From an uncultured Acidimicrobium sp. (GTDB lineage Bacteria > Actinomycetota > Acidimicrobiia > Acidimicrobiales > Ilumatobacteraceae): a DNA stretch of 64,000 nt. The notes under the pieces were generated by a model, which worked only from the letters and a program-made list of their open reading frames with translations, had not been told where the DNA came from and ran no database searches. Both the position numbers and the translations under genes were made by a program. Positions 55,873-64,000 of the stretch are shown piece by piece. The stretch lies in contig CAZWKD010000002.1 of the NCBI GenBank assembly GCA_964633985.1, positions 15,375 to 79,374 on the forward strand. Direction: 5' to 3'. Positions within the stretch are counted from its first letter, which is position 1; each line of letters starts with the position of its first letter.

Positions 55873-57084
55873 TCAGGTTGGCGCAACTTCAGATTGGACG
55901 CGTGTGCCTTCTGGCTTGCCTGGCTTGCGAGTCTTGCGCGGCTGGCGTTGCGGACGCAATGGTCGGGGCGCACTGGCACCTGGTTCGACGGTGATGCCGA
56001 AGGCAGCCGCCACTTGCGGCAGGACCGGTGCGAGACGCTTCACGGTCGCAAGGAGTTGTTCACCTTGGGCTGCGGGAATCGACTGCACGGTCACTTGCGA
56101 TCGAATGGGCGAGAATGCCGCCGCCTCGAGCACGGCGATCCAGCGCTCAGAGGAATTCTCGCTGGTGAGTGATTCGCGCGCTGCCTGCAACAGCTTGGTC
56201 CCGAGTTCGGCGGGGAAGGGCTGCCCAGCCTTCGGTGGCTCACTCGACAACTTCAGGGCACGAACCGATCGGCCAACGCCGAGATTCGCCTCGATGTCCT
56301 GGAGCCACAACGTTTGCTCCTCATCCTGACGCTTCTTCAACGCGGTCTTCAGCGTCGTGGCAAGTTCACGGGTCGACTCATCTCGGACGACCATCGGGTC
56401 TTCGGATGCCACGACGACGGAGCGCAAGTCACGAAGGTCGAGTTGATCGAGCACCTCCCGAGCAGCTTCTGCGCGGTCCAGCCAGTCGGCGACGCGCAAC
56501 TTGGGCAACAGGTCCTGTGCCATCGAGATCAAACCGTCGGCGGGGACCTCAGGCTTGCCTTCCTTCTTCAGCTGATCGTTCTGCGCTTTGACAGCGTCAC
56601 GAACGGCCTTGATGCCACCGCTCAATGCCTTCTCGGCGACGGGGCGTTGTTCGGCAGGCAGGGTTTCGAGGATCGCCGATCGATGTTGACGTCCCGGACG
56701 GAGACGCTTCGGTGTCGGCCGCTTCGGCAGTTCCGGAGGAGCCGTGAAGCGTGGCTTCTTCGGACCCGACGGCTTGCGTGTCGTGCGGCGATTCTCACTC
56801 TTCTTCGCCAGTCGCTGAGTGACGGGTTCGAACTTGCTGGAGGAGGGCAGCATTTCCAACGTGTTTGACTTCTGCTTCTTGTCCCGTGACTGCACGAGTC
56901 CAAGAACCGTGATGCCATCCAGATCGAATTCCGCCTCCACCTTGAGCACTTCACCAACCCGGTGCGAAGTGGGAACGACACCCGCGGCGATCGTCCCCTT
57001 GGGAGCCTTGGCACCCGCGGCACGCCACGTGAAACCGCCGTCGGGGAGAACACTGGTCAATTCGATATCGATGCGCCGAGACAC
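55873..57084 (-). CDS. Conserved hypothetical protein: small N-terminal beta-rich domain, K/R/P-rich linker, helical C-terminal domain
   Basis: 403 aa with a GTG start: (M)SRRIDIELTSVLPDGGFTWRAAGAKAPKG..., then ...KKSENRRTTRKPSGPKKPRFTAPPELPKRPTPKRLRPGRQ..., and a C-terminal basic tail. Confidence 0.6.
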   Translation of the reverse strand: MSRRIDIELTSVLPDGGFTWRAAGAKAPKGTIAAGVVPTSHRVGEVLKVEAEFDLDGITVLGLVQSRDKKQKSNTLEMLPSSSKFEPVTQRLAKKSENRRTTRKPSGPKKPRFTAPPELPKRPTPKRLRPGRQHRSAILETLPAEQRPVAEKALSGGIKAVRDAVKAQNDQLKKEGKPEVPADGLISMAQDLLPKLRVADWLDRAEAAREVLDQLDLRDLRSVVVASEDPMVVRDESTRELATTLKTALKKRQDEEQTLWLQDIEANLGVGRSVRALKLSSEPPKAGQPFPAELGTKLLQAARESLTSENSSERWIAVLEAAAFSPIRSQVTVQSIPAAQGEQLLATVKRLAPVLPQVAAAFGITVEPGASAPRPLRPQRQPRKTRKPGKPEGTRVQSEVAPT

Positions 57085-57157
57085 GGCTCCTTACGGTATC
57101 TGCGCATGCGGTGATCCCCAATGCGACAGGGAATCTCTACCGACTACCTTGGCGAGC

Positions 57158-57697
57158 ATGCCGATCTATGCGTTGGGTGACCGTGTACCCCAGATACACG
57201 AGCGCGCCTACGTCCATCCGGATGCGGTAATCATCGGGGACGTGCGGATTGGCGCAGATTCGTCGATCTGGCCAGGGGCAGTCCTGCGCGGTGACGACGG
57301 ATACATCGAGGTTGGTGAACGCACGAGCATCCAAGACAACTGCGTCATCCATACGACCCCGGACCATCCGACAAAGGTGGGGAGCGACTGCGTGATCGGC
57401 CACATCGTGCATCTGGAGGCCTGCACGATCGAAGATCGGGCTCAGGTTTCTTCCGGATCGGTCGTCCTCCACCGAGTGGTGGTGGGCACCGGAGCGATCG
57501 TGGCGGCCAACGCAGTCGTCTTGAACGACACCGTGGTGCCTCCGGGAGCACTCGCCGTAGGAACCCCCGCCACGATCAAGGAAGGCCGAGCGCGCTCTGG
57601 GGAGATCGATTACGGGGCCGCGGTATACGTGCGCAAAGGACGTCGCTTCGCCGAGGAATTGCGCAGACTTCCCGACCACACGAGACAGGTCGACTGA
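57158..57697 (+). CDS. Gamma-carbonic-anhydrase-like LbH protein (PaaY/YrdA/CaiE family)
   Basis: ATG 57158: MPIYALGDRVPQIHERAYVHPDAVIIGDVRIGADSSIWPGAVLRGD...IGHIVHLEACTIED. Confidence 0.8.
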   Translation: MPIYALGDRVPQIHERAYVHPDAVIIGDVRIGADSSIWPGAVLRGDDGYIEVGERTSIQDNCVIHTTPDHPTKVGSDCVIGHIVHLEACTIEDRAQVSSGSVVLHRVVVGTGAIVAANAVVLNDTVVPPGALAVGTPATIKEGRARSGEIDYGAAVYVRKGRRFAEELRRLPDHTRQVD

Positions 57698-57703
57698 ACC
57701 GCG

Positions 57704-58768
57704 CTAGTTGCGCTCGAGCACCTCGAGCAATGGCGAGCAATCGAACGCACCGAGTGTCGGCAAGTAGGTCGACACTGCTTCACGCTTGAATCGATCGATG
57801 AACGACGGCTGGAAGAACTTCGCCCCGTCACGAATCACGTAGTTGAGGATGAAGAATCGATACGCCCATTCGAGGAATCGCACCTCTTCTTCGCGGAGTG
57901 GATTCACTCGGTGGTACGCAGCAAGAAACCGTCGAAAGCGCGGTTCGAGGAGCGTGTGCGGAGAGTAGGTGAACGACGTCTTGTCGCCGGTTCGCGACGA
58001 GACACGGGAGAGGAAGTAGAAGTCGAGCATCCGTGAGTCGATTCGAAACCAGTCGTAGTCCCATCGCGAGAACAATGTGAAATGTCCGTTCGCTGTCCGT
58101 TCCACCGAGAAGTTGCCGAGGTTCCAATCGACGAGGATCGGCATCTTCGGCCAATGATCGAAGTCGATCTTCTCCAGATGCAGGAGGAGTTCGTGCACAC
58201 TCCGCCGTACGACATCCAGTTCGGAGAGTGACAGCTCGAAGTTGGTGGGGGCGTTTCGTTTTCCCACGGCGTCATAGAGGGAGACCGCATCACTGCGGAT
58301 CGAGTGCGAGGGGGGAGGGAGTCGACGGCCAACCTCTTGGGAAACCGCATGGAATTCGGCCATCTCCGTAGCGAGGTTCTCGACATCGTCCTCCGTGACG
58401 ACACCTCCGAGCATCTCGGCACGTCGCACGTCTGCGTAGAAGACCACCCAACACTCACCGTCGTACCACCGATACGGCCGTGCGTCGCGAGTCAGAATGG
58501 TGGCAAGAAAGTTCGACCATCTGGTCTGGGCGAGCAACGTCTGACACTCGAACAGTCGGTCATGGTCCTCAGCAAACAGGAAGTACGACCCGTAGTTCGA
58601 CACCTTCGCCACCACCGACTCGCCGGATGACAACGTCAGTCGAAAGACACGGTTGGTCGACACATGTGCACTGGTCTCTTCGACCTGGGTGATCACCCGA
58701 CCGTCATCGAACTCTGACCACGCCTGTCTGACTAATTCCAGAGCGCGGTCGTAGGCGAGCGCAACCAT
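57704..58768 (-). CDS. Aminoglycoside/choline-kinase-like (APH fold) phosphotransferase
   Basis: ATG 58768 (MVALAYDRALELV...). ILVDWNLGNFSVE (a Brenner-type motif variant) and FSRWDYDWFRID (DxD-type). Confidence 0.7.
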   Translation of the reverse strand: MVALAYDRALELVRQAWSEFDDGRVITQVEETSAHVSTNRVFRLTLSSGESVVAKVSNYGSYFLFAEDHDRLFECQTLLAQTRWSNFLATILTRDARPYRWYDGECWVVFYADVRRAEMLGGVVTEDDVENLATEMAEFHAVSQEVGRRLPPPSHSIRSDAVSLYDAVGKRNAPTNFELSLSELDVVRRSVHELLLHLEKIDFDHWPKMPILVDWNLGNFSVERTANGHFTLFSRWDYDWFRIDSRMLDFYFLSRVSSRTGDKTSFTYSPHTLLEPRFRRFLAAYHRVNPLREEEVRFLEWAYRFFILNYVIRDGAKFFQPSFIDRFKREAVSTYLPTLGAFDCSPLLEVLERN

Positions 58769-58770
58769 GG

Positions 58771-59826
58771 TCAGCGTGCGAGTCGTTCGCGGACACCTGC
58801 TGCGAACATCTGCACGTCTTCGGGCGTGGTGTCCCATGCCGTCATCCATCGCACGAGGTGCTGGGAGACGTCCCAGTCCCAGAAGAACGACCACTCTTGG
58901 AGATCTCGTTTCACGTCTGGCGCGAGCGTGGGGAAGAGGCTGTTCACCGCGGGGGGTTGGTCGATCTGGAGCGACTCGATGTCTCGGACTTGTCTATGAA
59001 GATCAGCGGCCATGTGGTTGGCATGTCGCGCGAGTTGGAGGAAAAGGTCATCTTCGAGAAGCGCGAGATACTGCGCCGAGACGTACCGCATCTTGGAAGG
59101 AAGTTGCGTCACCTGTTTGCGCAGGTTCATCGATCGCTCAGCAAGAGCACGGTCGAAGAAGACGACCACTTCACCGAACAAGAGTCCGTTCTTCGTTCCG
59201 CCAAACGACAACACATCGACGCCAGCCTTCGAGGTCATCTGACGGAGGGTGTCGCGATTGCCACCCAGTGAAGCGACGGCGTTGGCGATTCGCGCACCAT
59301 CCATGTGCACACGCATCTCCATCTCTCGAGCGGCGCTCACCAGCGATCGCACTTCATCGATCGAGTAGACCGTGCCGTACTCGGTGGCCTGCGTGATCGA
59401 TAGCACGCCGGCGGGTGCATGGTGCTGACTGTTACGCAACGAGGCCAAGGCGCGCACGTCGTCGGTCGACATCTTGCCGTTGACGTGTGGGAGACCAATC
59501 AACTTCGCACCGATGATGTGCTCGGGAGCTCCGGCCTCATCGACGGCGATGTGCGCCACTTGTGTGCAGGCCACCGCGTCTCCTGACCGAGCCAGGCACG
59601 ACAGAGCGAGCACGTTGGCGCCCGTGCCACCGAATACCGGACGCACGACCACGTCATGATCGAACAGGTCGCTCATCGCATGCTCCAGGCGCACGGTGTA
59701 GTCGTCCAACCCATAGGGAAGTGCGTGCCCACGATTCGCGCGCTGCACTGCCTCCATGACGAGTGGGTGAGCACCCGCCAAATTGTCTGACGCGAAGCGA
59801 CGCTGCGGAGCGGGTGACTGAATCAC
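58771..59826 (-). CDS. ltaE: Low-specificity L-threonine aldolase (beta-eliminating lyase family)
   Basis: RRFASDNLAGAHP, FGGTGANVLAL, SFGGTKNG (PLP Lys). GTG start. Confidence 0.8.
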   Translation of the reverse strand: MIQSPAPQRRFASDNLAGAHPLVMEAVQRANRGHALPYGLDDYTVRLEHAMSDLFDHDVVVRPVFGGTGANVLALSCLARSGDAVACTQVAHIAVDEAGAPEHIIGAKLIGLPHVNGKMSTDDVRALASLRNSQHHAPAGVLSITQATEYGTVYSIDEVRSLVSAAREMEMRVHMDGARIANAVASLGGNRDTLRQMTSKAGVDVLSFGGTKNGLLFGEVVVFFDRALAERSMNLRKQVTQLPSKMRYVSAQYLALLEDDLFLQLARHANHMAADLHRQVRDIESLQIDQPPAVNSLFPTLAPDVKRDLQEWSFFWDWDVSQHLVRWMTAWDTTPEDVQMFAAGVRERLAR

Positions 59827-59876
59827 CCGTTCAGTATCACGCTGGCAACGCCATCCTGATGCGCTACTGTTTCGTC

Positions 59877-59896
59877 ATGACGAAACAACCACCTGA
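59877..59896. promoter_or_regulatory. Perfect 20-bp palindrome centred on the ATG of the Zn-ribbon ORF (candidate operator or start-codon-sequestering hairpin)
   Basis: TGTTTCGTCA|TGACGAAACA, checked base by base. The ATG at 59886-88 sits at the dyad. Located in the 59-nt ltaE/Zn-ribbon divergent spacer. Confidence 0.5.
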
Positions 59897-60272
59897 CCGG
59901 ACAGCGCCGGGGGAACGGCCGGCTCCTCGGACTCGCCAGCAGTGCCTATGGTGCCATCTTCCCGTGGTCCAGCCCGACACAGGACGGCGTCGCAAATACT
60001 GTTCCCAGGCCTGTCGCCAGTGGGACTGGGTGACCCGCCAGCGGTCGGCAGAACTGCGTCTCAGCGAGGAGGAGCTCGTGATCACACGCGAAGCCCTCGA
60101 CACGCTCAAGGATCGCATCTATGTCTTGGCGTGCGCCGTGGAGGACGTCGAAGGCGATCTGGAGCCCGGACTGGATCCCACGCTGCGGGACTATCGCAAG
60201 GCCCTGGAATGGGTGTTGGAGGCAGCCCGGCCGCTGGTGCGGGAGCCCCTGTTTACGGGTGTACGCCGATAA
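59886..60272 (+). CDS. Hypothetical Zn-ribbon protein
   Basis: ATG 59886: MTKQPPDRTAPGERPAPRTRQQCLWCHLPVVQPDTGRRRKYCSQACRQWDW... followed by a helical C-terminal half. The track ORF start 59763 overlaps ltaE. Confidence 0.5.
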   Translation, partial: QPPDRTAPGERPAPRTRQQCLWCHLPVVQPDTGRRRKYCSQACRQWDWVTRQRSAELRLSEEELVITREALDTLKDRIYVLACAVEDVEGDLEPGLDPTLRDYRKALEWVLEAARPLVREPLFTGVRR

Positions 60273-60340
60273 TGATAGTTATGTAAAGTACGCCTAAGGC
60301 AAACCCCGCCCCGTATGGGATTGATCAGTTGGCCGCTGCC

Positions 60341-60799
60341 CTAAATGGCGAGGCGCTGCTGCTCGGCACCGATGTGGTGCAAGGCCTGATCGACGTCCTG
60401 CTTGACGCCGGCCAATGGCAACACGTTGAGCACGCCCTGGCCCTGGCGCATGACGTCGATCAGTTGGTCCCCCTGGCACAGGACCACGGACTGACCGTTG
60501 ATGACGATGTGCGCGGCCGAAATGTCGCTGTCGACATGGCTCCGCATGTACTCGAAGACTTCGCGAACGCTTTCCAGCTTGATGCCTGCGTCAAGCAGGT
60601 TCTTGATCACCCTGAGCTCGAGGAGGTCCCGATAGGTGTAGACCCTGCGGGAACCGCTGCCATGAGCATCGCACCCAGACGGTCGAACCAAGTTGGTTCG
60701 AGCCCAGTAGTCCAACTGACGGTACGTGATGCCCACGATTTGGGCGGCCGTCTTGCCACCGAATCCGGGATGGCCCGTCTCCCCCTGCCCCAACGACAT
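60341..60799 (-). CDS. MerR-family transcriptional regulator (short; position equivalent to mycobacterial Rv1830-type)
   Basis: KTAAQIVGITYRQLDYWARTNLVRPS...RRVYTYRDLLELRVIKNLLDAGI. Confidence 0.8.
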   Translation of the reverse strand: MSLGQGETGHPGFGGKTAAQIVGITYRQLDYWARTNLVRPSGCDAHGSGSRRVYTYRDLLELRVIKNLLDAGIKLESVREVFEYMRSHVDSDISAAHIVINGQSVVLCQGDQLIDVMRQGQGVLNVLPLAGVKQDVDQALHHIGAEQQRLAI

Positions 60800-60831
60800 G
60801 TCGTCAGGCTAAGGGTGCAACGGGCGGCCTG

Positions 60832-61314
60832 CTACTGGCTGAAATCTTCTGGGCTGATGTTGTTGATGAACTCACGGAAATCATCGATGATTTCCTCTGT
60901 CTCCGCCCCCTCAGAGACCACCTCACGCCCCACCTCGTCCACGAGGCTCTCCGCAGCAAAGATCTGCACCCCGGCGCGGATGGCCACCGCCACCCCATCC
61001 GAAGGGCGACACGACACCGTGTACTCCCCGCCATCCAACGACAATTCTGCGAAGTATGTGTGATCTTTGACCTCGGTCAACACCAACTTGTCCACCTGAT
61101 GGCCGAGCTCACCAATCATGTTCAGCATCAAATCGTGTGTCAGCGGACGCTCGGGAACGATTCCTTCGAGCGCATAGTGGATGGCAGATGCTTCGGGGCC
61201 GCCGATGTAGATCGGAATGACCCGACGACGACCAGCGGTCTCACGAAGCATCATCACCGGGACACTGGAGGGAACCTCCAACCGCACTCCCTCGAGCTCA
61301 AGTTCGACGAACAC
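60832..61314 (-). CDS. Bifunctional nuclease (BFN/DUF151) family protein
   Basis: (M)FVELELEGVRLEVPSSVPVMMLRE...VIPIYIGGPEASAIHYALEGIVPERPLTHDLM. Confidence 0.8.
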   Translation of the reverse strand: MFVELELEGVRLEVPSSVPVMMLRETAGRRRVIPIYIGGPEASAIHYALEGIVPERPLTHDLMLNMIGELGHQVDKLVLTEVKDHTYFAELSLDGGEYTVSCRPSDGVAVAIRAGVQIFAAESLVDEVGREVVSEGAETEEIIDDFREFINNISPEDFSQ

Positions 61315-61326
61315 AGCCGCAGATTA

Positions 61327-62106
61327 TCAATCGTTTGCGGAACGACCGTCAGACAATTGTCTGATCAGTCGCGCCATCAGGTTTGCACGAAGGCGCTCGC
61401 CCAGGTCGACGAACTCGTCCACCATCTCGAGAGCCTGCTCGCGAGATTGTGGGTTACGTTGTCGAAGGTAAGGCAAGATTCGCTGCTCGTAGAGATCTGC
61501 TTCACGTTCGACCGTGTGCCGCACGGTCTTGAGGTGACGAGCATCGATGCCGAGCTCGATGAAACGTGCAGCAATCTCGAGGATCTCCCGATCAGCCGGC
61601 GAGAACAATTCTTCTGAGCCGATCTTCTTTGGATTGATCAATCCGGCCGCCAACACGCCGGCGAGCACCTTTTCGTCCACCTTCGCTTCGGACATCAACT
61701 CTCCCCTGCTCAACGAGGAGGTGTCATCAGTGACGACTGGACGAGGCGGAGCCTTACGGGACGCAGTGGCCTTTGCGGTCGGATGATTCGCGGTGGTCTG
61801 CACATTGGCAATACCCCGCGGTGCCGTTGCGTCGTAAGGACGCACCATGCCGTCGCTCGTGTCGTTGTCGAGACGCGTGCGGATCACCTTGAGCGGCAGG
61901 TAGTTCTCACGCTGTTCGCGCAAGATGAATCGCAACCGCTCGATCTCGGCTTGGGTGAACTTGCGATACCCCGAAGCAGTGCGCTCAGGTTCGATCAGGC
62001 CCTGACTCTCGAGGAAGCGAATCTTGGAAATCGTGACGTCGGGAAACTCCTCGAGAAGGAGCCCGAGCACCTCACCAATCGACAGGTAAGTCTTTTCGTC
62101 CATCAT
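61327..62106 (-). CDS. MerR-family regulator, FtsR/Rv1828-like long form
   Basis: ATG 62106: MMDEKTYLSIGEVLGLLLEEFPDVTISKIRFLESQGLIEPERTASGYRKFTQAEIERLRFIL, with a second MerR-like C-terminal domain. Confidence 0.8.
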   Translation of the reverse strand: MMDEKTYLSIGEVLGLLLEEFPDVTISKIRFLESQGLIEPERTASGYRKFTQAEIERLRFILREQRENYLPLKVIRTRLDNDTSDGMVRPYDATAPRGIANVQTTANHPTAKATASRKAPPRPVVTDDTSSLSRGELMSEAKVDEKVLAGVLAAGLINPKKIGSEELFSPADREILEIAARFIELGIDARHLKTVRHTVEREADLYEQRILPYLRQRNPQSREQALEMVDEFVDLGERLRANLMARLIRQLSDGRSAND

Positions 62107-62143
62107 CGTTCTGTCACCATCAATCGTCGTACTCGGTGTGCTC

Positions 62144-62629
62144 TCACTGACGGCCGTCGAAGAACACCATGCGATATTTACCGATCTGCAACTCGTCGCC
62201 ATGACGGAGCGTGCCAGACTCGATCCGATTCTGGTTGATGTAGGTGCCGTTCAGGGATCCCATGTCTTGGATGCGGTAGTCCCCGTTGCCGATCTCGATC
62301 AAGGCATGACGCCGTGACACCGTGACGTCGTCGAGACAAATCATGCTGTCCGGGTGTCGTCCCACATCGACGGTTCCTTGTCGCAACGAGAAACGCTCTC
62401 CTGAGCGGTCGCCCGAGCGCACCACGAGCACTCCCGTGCCCTCCTCGATCGCCCCAAGATCAACCTGAACGTTGTCATCGTCGCCGACGGCCTCTTGCAT
62501 CGGGTCTGCCTTGGGTAGCGAAATCGTGCGATTTACCGGCAGGTCGAGCACCGCTCCGCATGCAGAGCAAAACGCAGACTGGGGAGGGTTCCGATGCCCA
62601 CAGTTGTTGCAAAACACGTACGGAGACAC
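62144..62629 (-). CDS. FHA-domain protein with N-terminal Cys4 zinc-ribbon (occupies the GarA/OdhI slot)
   Basis: GTG 62629: VSPYVFCNNCGHRNPPQSAFCSACGAVL..., then FHA motifs VGRHPDSMICLDDVTVSRRHALI and GSLNGTYINQ. Confidence 0.8.
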   Translation of the reverse strand: MSPYVFCNNCGHRNPPQSAFCSACGAVLDLPVNRTISLPKADPMQEAVGDDDNVQVDLGAIEEGTGVLVVRSGDRSGERFSLRQGTVDVGRHPDSMICLDDVTVSRRHALIEIGNGDYRIQDMGSLNGTYINQNRIESGTLRHGDELQIGKYRMVFFDGRQ

Positions 62630-62633
62630 GGCC

Positions 62634-63236
62634 CTACCGTACTCCCCTCTCGGCTCGACCGGCCCGGACGGCCGCCCGCACACGGGGCACGTAGTCGATC
62701 GCGGTGTACCAACTAAGTAAGAGACCAGGAGCACCGAAGATCCAGCCCGCGATCCAGCCGAAATCGGCAGTGGGGTGATCGGACGTGCCGAGTAACAGAA
62801 GCGGTACCGCCATCATCAGCAGGAAGGTGTACCGCTTGCCGAGTGTCGTGACGGGAAAGCGCTTCATCCCCATCACCTTGCCGAGGATCATCATCGATCC
62901 GACAAGGGTCTCCCGAAGCAGCACTGCAACCAGGAACCAATCCGGCACTCCCGGGTGGACGATCACCGAGACGGATGCAACGACGAACAACAGACGGTCC
63001 ACCGTCGGGTCGAACATCGCGCCGAATTCCGACTCCTGACCGAAACGTCTCGCCCACCATCCGTCCACCCAGTCGGTCATACCGAGGATGCCGAGAAGCA
63101 GCGCGGCGCCCGCCACCGACTCGCGTCCAAACAGCATCCACAAGAAGACCGGGAGGCAGCACAGCCGCAGGAACGTGATCAAGTTGGGAACGGTGAGCAC
63201 GCGCACGGCGCAGACTGTAGCGACACCTGCTGACAA
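62634..63236 (-). CDS. pgsA: CDP-alcohol phosphatidyltransferase (PgsA-like)
   Basis: TVPNLITFLRL and DWVDGWWARRFGQESEFGAMFDPTVDRL (D-x2-DG-x2-AR...G-x3-D-x3-D). The real start may be GTG 63206. Confidence 0.8.
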   Translation of the reverse strand: MSAGVATVCAVRVLTVPNLITFLRLCCLPVFLWMLFGRESVAGAALLLGILGMTDWVDGWWARRFGQESEFGAMFDPTVDRLLFVVASVSVIVHPGVPDWFLVAVLLRETLVGSMMILGKVMGMKRFPVTTLGKRYTFLLMMAVPLLLLGTSDHPTADFGWIAGWIFGAPGLLLSWYTAIDYVPRVRAAVRAGRAERGVR

Positions 63237-63259
63237 TCGACGCCAGTACCCTTCGAACG

Positions 63260-63655
63260 ATGCCGTCCATCTTCACGCGAATCATCGCCGGTGAACTGCC
63301 CTCTCATCTCGTTCATCGGGACGAGACCTGTATCTCCTTTCTCTCGATCAACCCACTCGCTCCTGGTCATGCATTGGTCGTGCCCATCCGTGAGGTCGAC
63401 CAGTGGCTCGACCTCACGGAGTCCGAAGTCGCACACCTGATCCTCGTTGCACAACGGGTGGGCAATGCCCAGCGGCGCGTGTTCAACCCGCAGCGCGTCG
63501 GGATCATCGTTGCCGGCTACGAAGTCCCGCACTGCCACATTCACGTCGTGCCAACCAACTCGATGCGTGAATTGGACTTCGCCAATGCCGCAAGCTCGGT
63601 GGATCACGACCAATTGGCGAGATACGCAGCTTCACTGCGAAACGCCCTCTCCTAG
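63260..63655 (+). CDS. HIT-family (histidine triad) nucleotide hydrolase/transferase
   Basis: IFTRIIAGELP, PLAPGHALVVP, VPHCHIHVVP. Confidence 0.85.
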   Translation: MPSIFTRIIAGELPSHLVHRDETCISFLSINPLAPGHALVVPIREVDQWLDLTESEVAHLILVAQRVGNAQRRVFNPQRVGIIVAGYEVPHCHIHVVPTNSMRELDFANAASSVDHDQLARYAASLRNALS

Positions 63656-63664
63656 GGCTGGCTC

Positions 63665-64000
63665 CTAGAACAGGGTCTCCGGTTCGTCTGGCTCGAGCAG
63701 CCTCGGCGAGTTGTTCCGCACACTGTTCACCAAGTGGCTGGCGGGTGACGCCTGCAATTCGACTTCGCTTGCTGCCACCACCCTGTCGAGATCGGGCATC
63801 GACGACGGATCCAACCACTCCCCCATCGCGATTTCGTCGAGAAGTAGCGGCATGCGGTCGTGGATCTCCACCACGGAGCCATTGGCTGCCCTCGTCAACA
63901 TCACGCAGCGAGATTCACCCTTCTCCCGGGAGATCAGTCCAGCAGCTCCCAACATCGCACCATGTCGAAGCGGCGAACGTTCATCGGCGCGGATGAAGAA
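63665..64000 (-). CDS. SOS-response-associated peptidase (SRAP/YedK family), C-terminal part; 5' end beyond the window
   Basis: ...MLTRAANGSVVEIHDRMPLLLDEIAMGEWLDP... matches the SRAP C-terminal pattern. The reading frame stays open to position 64000. Confidence 0.7.
   Translation of the reverse strand, partial: FFIRADERSPLRHGAMLGAAGLISREKGESRCVMLTRAANGSVVEIHDRMPLLLDEIAMGEWLDPSSMPDLDRVVAASEVELQASPASHLVNSVRNNSPRLLEPDEPETLF

Overview
GC-rich, densely packed chromosomal segment of about 70 CDS. Gene content and synteny point to Actinobacteria, possibly an Acidimicrobiia-like lineage (inference only). Reading by eye I found no rRNA, tRNA, CRISPR array, transposase, integrase or prophage block, so this looks like core chromosome rather than an accessory island.

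Contents in order:
- 1-8.2 kb: a minus-strand operon of M20 carbamoyl-amidase, nitrilase-type carbamoylase, FAD-less fused [2Fe-2S]/molybdopterin hydroxylase, SsnA-like amidohydrolase and LLM oxidoreductase, with a divergent class-III aminotransferase. This is the best candidate here for an undescribed N-heterocycle catabolic route.
- 8.2-17 kb: TauE exporter convergent with a persulfide-dioxygenase-like MBL protein, a divergent ProA-like dehydrogenase coupled to an LbH acyltransferase, and an asymmetric heterodimeric ABC exporter.
- 17-30 kb: housekeeping genes (M23 peptidase, ctaA, tsaC/sua5, guaB1, cmk, plsC, M18 aminopeptidase, mobA, rnd, typA).
- 30-34.7 kb: an orphan ORF, tkt, tal and a LOG-family gene, joined from tkt onward by overlapping stop/start codons.
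- 34.7-36.9 kb: an ADP-forming acyl-CoA synthetase with permuted domain order.
- 36.9-40.2 kb: dacB, a Lon-N-domain protein, two small membrane ORFs and trmI, chained by 4-nt overlaps.
- 40.6-46.8 kb: a complete contiguous Pup-proteasome system, arc-dop-pup(GGE)-prcB-prcA-pafA. It is followed by lepB, a GDPD gene, a tatB-like gene, tatC and helY, with no pafBC.
- 51-64 kb: a degenerate DAGK-like protein, a two-domain ThyX-like protein, a hyperacidic Zn-ribbon protein, crotonase, gamma-CA, an APH-like kinase plus ltaE, a Zn-ribbon ORF whose start codon sits in a perfect 20-bp palindrome, and the conserved actinobacterial pgsA-FHA-MerR-BFN nuclease-MerR block.

All family calls come from motif recognition in the supplied translations or my own translations. 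No database search was run. Many start codons are re-assigned from the longest-ORF track and remain uncertain.
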